Assembly (NCBI GenBank): GCA_035620695.1
Contig: DASPGI010000193.1
Location: 64,398-128,397 of the forward strand
DNA length: 64,000 nt
DNA from: Alphaproteobacteria bacterium
GTDB taxonomy: Bacteria; Pseudomonadota; Alphaproteobacteria; JAREAF01
Direction: 5' to 3'
In this document: positions 49,830 to 58,350 of the stretch, piece by piece
Numbering within the stretch: position 1 is the stretch's first letter
Layout of the letters: every line of letters starts with the position of its first letter
Position numbers and translations under genes: made by a program
Notes under the pieces: model-generated
What the model was told of the DNA's origin: nothing
The model's database searches: none
The model's input: the letters and a program-made list of their open reading frames with translations, nothing else

Positions 49830-50150
49830 TCACAATTCCGTGAGGATCGGAAGAATGTGGGCGTCAGCCGTGCTTGCCGCGTTCCCTATCCAAACTATAG
49901 ACGTTTCTCGCAACAGCGCGGCCAATTCGGAAAATGATCTTTCGCTAACGGCCAGATGCGAATCCAAGCGCTCAAGCTGGTCTTTGGTGTAGCTGGCTGG
50001 TCCGCCCATGATCGAGGCGATGAATTTGGTTTGGTGATCGATAAGCCGGCGCATGTCGACTCCGGCGAAGTAAGGGTTTGTTCTTCGGGATTCCAAAATC
50101 TTGTCATAGAAAGCCGACACGACGCGGCTGATCTTTGCGAAGCCCGCCAT
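49830..50150 (-). CDS. Truncated (2/2) haemoglobin
   Basis: B10 Tyr in AFYDKIL, trHb E-F region PYFAGVDMRRLIDHQTKFIASIMGGPASYT, and proximal His in RLDSHLAV. Confidence 0.7.
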   Translation of the reverse strand: MAGFAKISRVVSAFYDKILESRRTNPYFAGVDMRRLIDHQTKFIASIMGGPASYTKDQLERLDSHLAVSERSFSELAALLRETSIVWIGNAASTADAHILPILTEL

Positions 50151-50382
50151 ATCTCTCGAAAATGCTGCGCCTTACCCCCCTCGCACGATTTTGGCTGCTC
50201 GATCGTTCTTCTTACGGCAGCATTCCGAGTGATTCAATGGAGCCTCGGCCGCGGAGCATTCATCGAAAAGGCCGACCGAAACGATCATTTAACATCCACG
50301 AAGATTTCGGTCGGTCGATCTGTTAATGAGTAGCTCGAAGGGAGTAGAGAGCTCTGCTGTTCCGTATAAGGGAAGGTGAACG

Positions 50383-51267
50383 ATGCGCTGGAAAGACTTG
50401 CGTAAAAGCACCAACGTCGACGACCGGCGTGGCGCAGGTGGCATGCGCGGACCCGGTCGCATCATCCTCCCCGGCGGCCGCGGCGGACGCACCGCGGGCA
50501 TGGGCGGCATCGGGCTGATCGTAATCCTGCTCATCGCCCTCTTCCTTGGGATAGATCCCTCGATGATCCTGTCACCTGGTGGTGTCACCGCCCCCGAGCA
50601 GCGCGCTCCGGATACTACGGAACAGGCAGAGCTCAAGGAATTCGTCGCCGCGGTGCTGGGCGATACCGAGGATACCTGGAACGCGTTGTTCCAGGCGGAC
50701 GGGTACGACTATCGCGAGCCGCGCCTGGTGTTGTTCTCTGGCGCTGTGGATTCGGCTTGCGGCTTTGCCGATGCAGCGGTCGGGCCCTTCTATTGTCCAC
50801 CCGATCAGCAAGTCTATCTGGACATGACATTTTTTACCGACATGGAGCGTCGCCTCGGCGCCTCCGGCGACTTCGCCGCAGCCTATGTGATCGCCCACGA
50901 AGTCGGCCACCATGTACAGAATCTGCTCGGCATCATGGATCGGGTAAACCAGATCCGCGGCGGGCTCGGCCGGGACAAGGCGAACGCGCTCTCCGTCATG
51001 GTGGAGCTGCAGGCTGATTGCTTTGCCGGGATCTGGGCTAGTCGTGCCCAGCGGCAGCGCAATATTCTCGAACCCGGCGACATCGAGGAAGGTTTGAACG
51101 CCGCGGCGGCGGTGGGAGACGACCGACTGCAGCGACGCTCGCAAGGCTATGTCGTGCCGGAGAGCTTCACCCACGGCAGCTCCGAGCAGCGAGTCGCCTG
51201 GTTCACACGCGGGTTCGAAACCGGCAACCCGGACGCCTGCGACACGTTCAATGCCGATCGGCTATGA
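50383..51267 (+). CDS. YpfJ-family putative neutral zinc metallopeptidase
   Basis: N-terminal TM/Gly-rich region and HEVGHHVQ zinc motif. Confidence 0.8.
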   Translation: MRWKDLRKSTNVDDRRGAGGMRGPGRIILPGGRGGRTAGMGGIGLIVILLIALFLGIDPSMILSPGGVTAPEQRAPDTTEQAELKEFVAAVLGDTEDTWNALFQADGYDYREPRLVLFSGAVDSACGFADAAVGPFYCPPDQQVYLDMTFFTDMERRLGASGDFAAAYVIAHEVGHHVQNLLGIMDRVNQIRGGLGRDKANALSVMVELQADCFAGIWASRAQRQRNILEPGDIEEGLNAAAAVGDDRLQRRSQGYVVPESFTHGSSEQRVAWFTRGFETGNPDACDTFNADRL

Positions 51268-51287
51268 GACCATCACGCCTGGTTAGG

Positions 51288-52094
51288 TCAAGCCCAGGAA
51301 CCTGACCACAGGCCGATAGGCGGGCGCTCCTTCGGAACGCAGTGCTCTGGCTGATCGAAAAACTCTAGCACCCGCGGCAGGATCTCTGCGCGCGCCGCGG
51401 CGGCAGTGGTCAAGTGATCGTGCGCGGCCAAGCCGATCACCCTGGCCTCGGATTCCTCGGCAAAGCTCAACGCAAGGGGATAACGCGGGTCGTCCTTTCC
51501 AAGGAACAACAGCAGTGGCACGCTCGAGGCCGCAACTGCATCGGCCATATCGGGCCGATCGCATTCAACGGCGGCCGCCAGTGCTCTTGGATCATTCGCC
51601 AGAAGGCGGCTGCGCGTGGCCGGGCTCAATTCACCGGACCTAGTTTCGATGTATCGTATCCATAGCTCCAGCCCCTTGGTGAGCGCCTCACGGTAGGATT
51701 GCATGACCTCGGCGAAGGGGTGTGCCCCTCCGGCCGCCACCGCATGAACCCGTTCAGGCGCCACAGATGCGGCGCACAGCGCTATCCAACCGCCCATGCC
51801 GTATCCGAGCAGATCGGCGCGCTCGATGCCGGCTTCATTGAGCACTGCAATGATATCCCGGCCGGTGCTGATCGGGCCGTACGCCGATGGATCAGTCGGT
51901 TTACTGCTGTCGCCGTGACCGCGCAGATCGACCAGCACCACTTGCCGGCCATGCGCAAGGCACGCCTCCACATATCCGGACTCACGCCAGAACTCGCTGC
52001 TCTCACCGAAATCGTGCAGCATCGCGAGCGGCGCCCCGGCACCAAGAACATCGAATGCGATCTGTCCACTTCCAACTGCTGCGGCGAATCTCAT
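51288..52094 (-). CDS. Alpha/beta hydrolase fold protein
   Basis: GYGMGG nucleophile elbow and HDFGES region. Start at MRFAAAVG. Confidence 0.7.
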   Translation of the reverse strand: MRFAAAVGSGQIAFDVLGAGAPLAMLHDFGESSEFWRESGYVEACLAHGRQVVLVDLRGHGDSSKPTDPSAYGPISTGRDIIAVLNEAGIERADLLGYGMGGWIALCAASVAPERVHAVAAGGAHPFAEVMQSYREALTKGLELWIRYIETRSGELSPATRSRLLANDPRALAAAVECDRPDMADAVAASSVPLLLFLGKDDPRYPLALSFAEESEARVIGLAAHDHLTTAAAARAEILPRVLEFFDQPEHCVPKERPPIGLWSGSWA

Positions 52095-52162
52095 CGTTCG
52101 ATCCTCCCGCTTGAAGCTGCTGCTTCCCAAGTGCGAGCATCGGATTCTCGTGCTCGGCTCTC

Positions 52163-52240
52163 AGTGACCGCCTTCACATCAAGGGGTGAAGTGCGTGACT
52201 TCATTCACAGAGAGAGGCGTGAAATGTGAGGGGGTTCACA
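52163..52240. promoter_or_regulatory. Array of three phased CRP-type sites (aGTGA-N6-TCACA, cGTGA-N6-TCACa, TGTGA-N6-TCACA) in a divergent promoter region
   Basis: Sites at 52163-52178, 52193-52208 and 52225-52240 have centres spaced 30 and 32 bp. An extra CTTCAC/GTGAAG inverted repeat sits at 52172-52191. Confidence 0.5.
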
Positions 52241-52404
52241 CAAATCGGAGGGAGGCGGGACGACCGGAGGGTACGCCGAGGCCTAGCACGCCGTCGAACG
52301 GCACCGAGTCCGGCCATGGCGCGTCTGCTAAAGGTTGCCACGCGGCAGCGCTTCGTCCGATCATGCCCGGAGCTCGGCTCCTCCACTTGCCCAGGAATTC
52401 GACG

Positions 52405-54447
52405 ATGACCTCCGCCGACCCTCTGCTCCAGCCATTTCAGCTCAAGCATCTGACGTTGAAGAATCGAATCATGTCGACGGCGCACGAGCCGGCCTATTCC
52501 GAGGACGGGATGCCGAAGGATCGATACCGCCTCTATCACTTGGAGAAGGCCAAAGGCGGCATCGCAATGACCATGACCGCTGGCTCGGCGGTCGTGGCGG
52601 AGGACTCCCCTGCTGCCTATGGCAACCTCCATGCCTTCAAGGACGAGATCGTGCCCTGGCTGCAGCGGCTGGCGGAGGATTGTCACGCCGAGGGCTGTGC
52701 CGTGATGATCCAGCTCACCCATCTTGGCCGGCGCACGAATTGGAACAAGGCGGACTGGCTGCCCGTATTGGCCCCCTCGCCGATCCGCGAACCCGCGCAC
52801 CGTTCCTTTCCGAAAGAGGCGGAGGATTGGGATCTCGACCGGATCGTCAAGGGCTATGCCCATTCGGCGCAGCGCATGCGGGCGGCCGGACTGGATGGCA
52901 TCGAGTTGGAGGCCTATGGCCACCTGCTCGACCAGTTCTGGTCACCCGCGACCAATCGTCGAACCGATGAGTACAGTGGAAGCCTGGACAATCGACTGCG
53001 CTTCACGCATCGCGTCCTGGAGGCGATCCGCAAAGAAGTGGGTCCGGACTTCATTGTCGGCGTGCGCATGGTCGCCGATGAGGATTGGGAGAAGGGCCTG
53101 ACCCGCGAGGAAGGGGTTGAGATCGCCCGTCGATTGGTCGCCTCCGGAATGATCGATTTCCTCAACATCATTCGCGGCCACATAGAGACAGATGCCGCGC
53201 TACGGAAGGTCATCGCGATTCACGGAATGCCCTCGGCTCCGCATCTCGATTTCGCAGGCAAGGTCAAGGCCGCGGTCAAGTTCCCGGTGTTCCATGCTGC
53301 CCGCATCGCCGATGTCGCAACGGCTCGGCACGCCATCGCGTCCGGTAAACTCGACATGGTCGGCATGACGCGGGCCCACATCGCCGATCCTCACATCGCC
53401 CGCAAGGTCGCGGCCGGCCGCGAGCAGGAGATTCGCCCCTGTGTCGGCGCAACCTACTGTCTCGAGCGGATCTACGAAGGCCAGGAAACGCTGTGCATTC
53501 ACAATGCCGCAACCGGCCGCGAAGCGAGCATGCCGCACGTCATTGCGCCATCGACCGGTCCGACACGGAAGGTCGTCGTCGTCGGCGCCGGCCCCGCAGG
53601 GCTTGAAGCAGCCCGGGTCTCGGCCGAGCGCGGGCACCAAGTCACCTTGTTTGAAGCCGCTCCGGAACCTGGTGGACAGATACGGCTCCTGGCCCGCAGT
53701 CCGCGCCGCAAGGAACTGATCGGAATTGTCGACTGGCGCGTCGAACTGCTGCAGCGGCTCGGGGTCGAGACGCGCTTCAATTCCCTTGCCGATGCCGCCG
53801 ACGTGCTCGCGCTCGAACCCGACATCGCCGTGATAGCGACAGGGGGTTTGCCGCAGACGCCTCCCTTGCAGGAGGGCAAAGAACTGGTCGTGAACTCCTG
53901 GGACATTCTCTCGGGCGATGCCAAGATTGCAGACGATGTGCTGCTCTTCGACGACAATGGAGGGCATCCGGGCATGCAGGCCGCCGAAATGATCGCCGGG
54001 TCCGGGTCGGCGCTCGAACTGGTCTCTCCGGAGCGCTTCTTCGCGCCCGAGATGGGCGGGCTCAATCACGCTTCCTACGCCGAGTTGTTCCATCGGGCCG
54101 GGGTAAGGATTACCATAAACAGCCGGCTACTCGCGGTCCGTCGCGAGGGCAACAAGCTGGCCGCGGTCATCGGCTCCGACTATGGCCCACGAGAAGACAT
54201 TCGGATGGTCGACCAGGTCGTGGTCGAGCACGGCACCTTGCCGCTTGAGGAGACCTATTTCGCCCTCAAGGAGCTATCGGTCAATCGCGGGGAGGTCGAC
54301 TATCGCGCGCTGATCTCCGGACGGCCGCAGGAGATCGTGCGCAACCCTGATGGCCGTTTCCGATTGTTCCGGATCGGAGATGCGGTCGCCTCGCGCAACA
54401 TTCACGCCGCAATCTACGATGCTCTTCGGCTATGCAAGGATTTTTGA
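52405..54447 (+). CDS. Two-domain NADH:flavin oxidoreductase (OYE-like FMN domain + FAD/NAD(P)-binding domain; 2,4-dienoyl-CoA reductase / amine dehydrogenase family)
   Basis: OYE N-terminus (LKNRIMSTAHEP...HLGRR) and C-terminal GxGxxG VVVVGAGPAGLEAA. Cys motif C-x5-C-x11-C in the linker. Confidence 0.8.
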   Translation: MTSADPLLQPFQLKHLTLKNRIMSTAHEPAYSEDGMPKDRYRLYHLEKAKGGIAMTMTAGSAVVAEDSPAAYGNLHAFKDEIVPWLQRLAEDCHAEGCAVMIQLTHLGRRTNWNKADWLPVLAPSPIREPAHRSFPKEAEDWDLDRIVKGYAHSAQRMRAAGLDGIELEAYGHLLDQFWSPATNRRTDEYSGSLDNRLRFTHRVLEAIRKEVGPDFIVGVRMVADEDWEKGLTREEGVEIARRLVASGMIDFLNIIRGHIETDAALRKVIAIHGMPSAPHLDFAGKVKAAVKFPVFHAARIADVATARHAIASGKLDMVGMTRAHIADPHIARKVAAGREQEIRPCVGATYCLERIYEGQETLCIHNAATGREASMPHVIAPSTGPTRKVVVVGAGPAGLEAARVSAERGHQVTLFEAAPEPGGQIRLLARSPRRKELIGIVDWRVELLQRLGVETRFNSLADAADVLALEPDIAVIATGGLPQTPPLQEGKELVVNSWDILSGDAKIADDVLLFDDNGGHPGMQAAEMIAGSGSALELVSPERFFAPEMGGLNHASYAELFHRAGVRITINSRLLAVRREGNKLAAVIGSDYGPREDIRMVDQVVVEHGTLPLEETYFALKELSVNRGEVDYRALISGRPQEIVRNPDGRFRLFRIGDAVASRNIHAAIYDALRLCKDF

Positions 54448-54489
54448 CTTATCCTTGCGGAGAGGCAGCGAGGGGGACAAGGCGGCGCA

Positions 54490-56253
54490 ATGGAAATCGA
54501 GCCAGACACTTCCTACTATCGCGAGCTGCTGGTGTTTCTCGTCGCCGCCGGACTGGTCGCTCCACTTGCGTACCGTCTTCGCATCAGTCCAATTCTCACC
54601 TTCCTGGGAATGGGCGTGCTTATCGGGCCCTTCGGGCTGGCCGCCTCGATCCCCGCGCTGGGTGGCGTGCTGATCACAAACGAGGAAGCGGTTAGCTTCC
54701 TTGGTGAGTTGGGCGTGGTCTTTCTGTTGTTCACGATCGGGCTTGAGCTGTCGGTACAGCGTCTCCTGTCGTTGCGGCATCTTGTCTTCGGGCTTGGCGG
54801 GCTACAGATCGCCACTACGGCGGCCGCCATCGGCGCCATTGCCATGGGATTCGATAACTCCTTGCAGTCGGCGATCATCTTGGGGCTCGCCCTGGCATTG
54901 TCCTCGACGGCGATCATAATGCAAATATTGACCAGCAAGGGTCGGCTCGGAGCCCCCCTTGGGCGCACCAGTTTTGCGATCTTGCTGATGCAGGATCTAG
55001 CGGTGGTGCCGATCTTGTTCATCACCGGCAGTTTCAGTGCGCAGACGGAAGGCGTGCTTCTGCTCCAGCTCGTCAAGGCGCTCGGGGCGGCCGTTTTTGT
55101 CGTCGCAGCCATCCTAACTGTGGGACGCTTTATCGTTGGTACGATCTTCCGGTTCGCAGGTTCGACGCGCAGCCCGGAAATCTTCATGGCCTCGGCGATG
55201 CTGGTCATCGTGGCGACAGGCATGATTACGGCCGCAGTCGGTCTGTCTGTGGCCCTTGGAGCATTTCTGGCGGGCCTGCTTTTTTCCGACACCGAGTACC
55301 GGCATGAAATCGAGGTGACGATTGCGCCGTTCCGTGGGCTGCTTCTCGGAATCTTCTTCATGTCGATCGGCATGAAGATCAACCTCGGCACAGTAGTTGC
55401 CGAACCGATCTGGGTTCCGCTTTCTGTCGTCGGCCTTATCCTGCTGAAGTCGGCGATCCTGATTCCCTTGGCTCTTGCCTTCCGCTTGCCCCTGGCCGGA
55501 GCGGTGGAGATAGGCCTGCTCCTTTCACAAGGTGGCGAGTTTGCCTTTGTCGTGCTTGGCACAGCGCTCCAATCGCAGGTCATCGATCGGGCGGCCGGCG
55601 AGTTTTTTCTGCTGGTGACCGGGGTTTCCATGGCGGTCTCGCCGCTGGTCGCCCGACTTGCCGAGGGTCTGGGCCGCAGTCTCGAGCACCGGCTCGTCGC
55701 AGATCTCGAATGGAGGGCGGAGCCCGGCACGGATGCACGGCCGGTCATCATCGCCGGCTTTGGCAGAGTGGGCCAAATGCTCTCCGCCATGCTCGAAACG
55801 CAGGACCTGCCCTATCTGGCGATCGAACGGAACGTCGAGATCGTTCGCGGCAAGCGCATCGAAGGTGTGCCGATCTATTATGGGGATGCCAGCCGCGCGG
55901 AAACGCTTCGCCGGCTGGGGGTGGCGAACGCGTCGGCGGTGGTGGTGACAACCGACGATGGACGGGCGGCAGAGCATATCGTCTCGGTAGCTCGAAGAGA
56001 GGCCCCGAATATGTTTATCCTTGCTCGCGCACGCGATGCACGCCATGCCGATGGGCTGTTGGCGCGCGGCGCCGACAAGGTCATTTCGGAAACCGTCGAA
56101 GCAGCATTACAGATGGCGGAGAATCTACTGGTCGCCATCGGGCTGGATGCCGACACGGCCGCTCGCGTCGTGGAGGAACGTCGCAGAATAGAGTTTTCCC
56201 GCCTCGAACCGCAGGGCCCTATGCCGGCGCGGCGCGGCAACGATTTGAACTGA
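54490..56253 (+). CDS. kefB: Glutathione-regulated K+ efflux / CPA2 antiporter with TrkA-N (KTN) domain
   Basis: CPA2 membrane domain and KTN NAD-binding domain (PVIIAGFGRVGQ). Confidence 0.85.
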   Translation: MEIEPDTSYYRELLVFLVAAGLVAPLAYRLRISPILTFLGMGVLIGPFGLAASIPALGGVLITNEEAVSFLGELGVVFLLFTIGLELSVQRLLSLRHLVFGLGGLQIATTAAAIGAIAMGFDNSLQSAIILGLALALSSTAIIMQILTSKGRLGAPLGRTSFAILLMQDLAVVPILFITGSFSAQTEGVLLLQLVKALGAAVFVVAAILTVGRFIVGTIFRFAGSTRSPEIFMASAMLVIVATGMITAAVGLSVALGAFLAGLLFSDTEYRHEIEVTIAPFRGLLLGIFFMSIGMKINLGTVVAEPIWVPLSVVGLILLKSAILIPLALAFRLPLAGAVEIGLLLSQGGEFAFVVLGTALQSQVIDRAAGEFFLLVTGVSMAVSPLVARLAEGLGRSLEHRLVADLEWRAEPGTDARPVIIAGFGRVGQMLSAMLETQDLPYLAIERNVEIVRGKRIEGVPIYYGDASRAETLRRLGVANASAVVVTTDDGRAAEHIVSVARREAPNMFILARARDARHADGLLARGADKVISETVEAALQMAENLLVAIGLDADTAARVVEERRRIEFSRLEPQGPMPARRGNDLN

Positions 56254-56801
56254 TCTGGCTTGTGAATAGTGCAAAGAGGAAGCGCCTCGCTCGATGAGCG
56301 GGGCGCTTCCTATCGTCCAAGGCTCAGAACCTGCCGCCTATCATCATTCCGGTTGCCAGGCGAGCCATTGCCGCCGCAAACTACGCCCCGCCGTACTACC
56401 CTTGCTGCCAGTCTGGCCCTCTCGCCAACCTGGCCTCCCCATGGCCACCACCCTGGCCCCCTATCCCATTGCCCCAGCCACCGCCGCCATGCCATTCAAA
56501 GCGCACCTAAAACGAGCCATCGGGTGGAGCGAGGCTCAGCCTTGGCGGTCGTACCGACTTTTGCTGGAGCGGCGTCGTCGGGCTATTTGTCGGGAAAAGA
56601 TTGTAGCAAATTTTAGAAAAAATACAAGCGATTTTCTCTTTATTTTGAGACTCTGAGGAAGGGAAATAGTTTCACTAATCACCTTAACCAGATTGATTCA
56701 TGGGCCGCCCGATTCCTCGGGTCGGCGACTAATCAGCACTGTTGAAAGATGCCCGCGAAGACCTGCTATGGTCCGTCAGTTGCTGACAAGGGGATCGGAA
56801 A

Positions 56802-57128
56802 ATGAACGCACGGATGAGGGTCGGCCCAACAGCGATCCTTCTCTTTACTTCGCTTTGGTCGTCGACAAGCGCTCAGGAACGGGTCGAGCAAGGCAGGGAC
56901 CTTGCCCGCACCTGGTGTTCCGGCTGTCATCTGGTGGAAGAAGAGGGCGGCCAATCCGGAAGCGATGCCGCTCCGCCATTCTCCGTCATTGCTCACGATC
57001 CGTCATTGACACCCGATCAGCTACGGAGCTGGCTCGTCGATCCCCACCCGCCAATGCCCAATCTCTCCCTCACTCGCGATGAGATCGAAGACCTGGTTGC
57101 TTACATCGGCAGCTTGCGGGCCGAGTAG
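56802..57128 (+). CDS. Periplasmic monohaem cytochrome c
   Basis: Signal peptide, CSGCH haem-binding motif and distal Met region. RBS AAGGGGA. Confidence 0.8.
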   Translation: MNARMRVGPTAILLFTSLWSSTSAQERVEQGRDLARTWCSGCHLVEEEGGQSGSDAAPPFSVIAHDPSLTPDQLRSWLVDPHPPMPNLSLTRDEIEDLVAYIGSLRAE

Positions 57129-57722
57129 CAGGTTCGAGAGGAGGCGCCCATTGCCGTGTTGCGCCCATCCGGTCGCGTCAGAGAATTCGGCCTGCATGAA
57201 TTTCCCAATTAATGGTACCGGTGCGCAGCGCATGCTCCTTCCTGAACTCGACCACGAAGCTCGCGGAAATCGCCTTCATGGTGGACCCGGAGTGGCGGGC
57301 CAAGGCCTTGGAACCGCACTGCGGGCCCATCACCACGGAGTGCGCCACAAAATGCATAGACGGCGTTGGTCACATAGGCGCTGGAGGGGGTGTTTTCTGA
57401 AGAGCAGCGACATCCGGAATGAGTGGCGTTTCCCATGTCCTTTCTTATTTCCTCCACCCCATCGAGCAGAAGCTACGAGGCCGGCAACTGATCCATAATA
57501 ACGCCCAGCGCCCACGCCGCAGCAACCGCATATGTGGTGAGCGGTGCTAAAGCAGCGCGTTGATCCCGTTCCGGCGCTCCGATGCCCAAATCTGCGGCTG
57601 TGATTGGTCAGGGCAGCGACCGAGGCTTCGGAGCTTGGGCGGAGGGCTTGTTGCTGCCCCGCCCGTCTGCTAGGAATCTCGCGGCTCAAGTCAGAGATGC
57701 AGAGAGAAGCTTTCCAAGTTGC

Positions 57723-58238
57723 ATGGCACAGAAGCATGACGAACGGCTGCCGGTTCTCGTTGCGGCGCTTGTTCAGACAATGTCGGAGCAGTTGACGGAC
57801 GATGGCAGCAGGCTCTGCGGCCTTTCAGCCGCAGCAGCGGCAGCGGTCATCAGCATCGATAAGAATCCGGGAGTGGCAATTGACGCGCTTGCGCGCACAC
57901 TTCGCTACTCACATTCCGGCACAGTGCGCCTGGTGCAGCGTCTTGTGGACCAGGGCCTCGTCCTTCGCGCTCGCGAGGCTGAAGATGGCCGGGTGGCGGC
58001 GCTCACCCTGACGAAGCGGGGAGCCAGCGTCGTGACGGCGATTCATCGCCGCAGACGTGAGTGGCTTAGTACCCTCCTTAGCGACATCCCGCCAAAGCAG
58101 CTGGACGCCCTCCAAGCTGCGATATCGACGGTACTGACCAAACTGACCGTGGGTAGAGAGTCGGCCGACTATATTTGCCGATTCTGTGATGAAAGCATCT
58201 GTACGCCGGATCGCTGTCCCGTCGAATTGGCGGTTTGA
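57723..58238 (+). CDS. MarR family transcriptional regulator with C-terminal Cys4 tail
   Basis: Winged-HTH region (LARTLRYSHSGTVRLVQRLVDQGLV). C-terminal C-x2-C-x4-C-x4-C (CRFCDESICTPDRC). Confidence 0.7.
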   Translation: MAQKHDERLPVLVAALVQTMSEQLTDDGSRLCGLSAAAAAAVISIDKNPGVAIDALARTLRYSHSGTVRLVQRLVDQGLVLRAREAEDGRVAALTLTKRGASVVTAIHRRRREWLSTLLSDIPPKQLDALQAAISTVLTKLTVGRESADYICRFCDESICTPDRCPVELAV

Positions 58239-58315
58239 GCGGACGCGCTGTTTCCAAACATCGTTCCGAGCTGCGGTTTTCGACAGTTCTCTCAACCATT
58301 ATATATGTATGTATG

Positions 58316-58344
58316 TTGACATCATATATATTCTCTGCCAATTT
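58316..58344 (+). promoter_or_regulatory. AT-rich promoter-like region with TTGACA hexamer upstream of the FAD oxidase operon
   Basis: ttgaca-N17-caattt within an unusually AT-rich 60-bp patch. The -10 hexamer is weak. Confidence 0.25.
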
Positions 58345-58350
58345 TTCGAG

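Noticed and set aside
49767-50382. SAM-II riboswitch upstream of the trHb-hydrolase-metY-metA gene string
   Set aside because: I inspected both candidate leaders on the minus strand and could not recognise the GAUUUUU...GCUUG...GCUAAAAAAGC pseudoknot signature. This needs a covariance-model scan to be sure.
56269-56656. ORFs 56269..56616 (115 aa) and 56294..56656 (120 aa) as protein-coding genes
   Set aside because: They have poor third-position GC, His/Arg/Pro-rich translations without domains, and lie in an AT-rich spacer. The better-biased frame lacks a start codon.
57209-57737. Minus-strand ORFs 57209..57457 and 57330..57737 in the cytochrome c / MarR spacer
   Set aside because: GC3 is about 55%, well below the genome norm, and there is no domain similarity.
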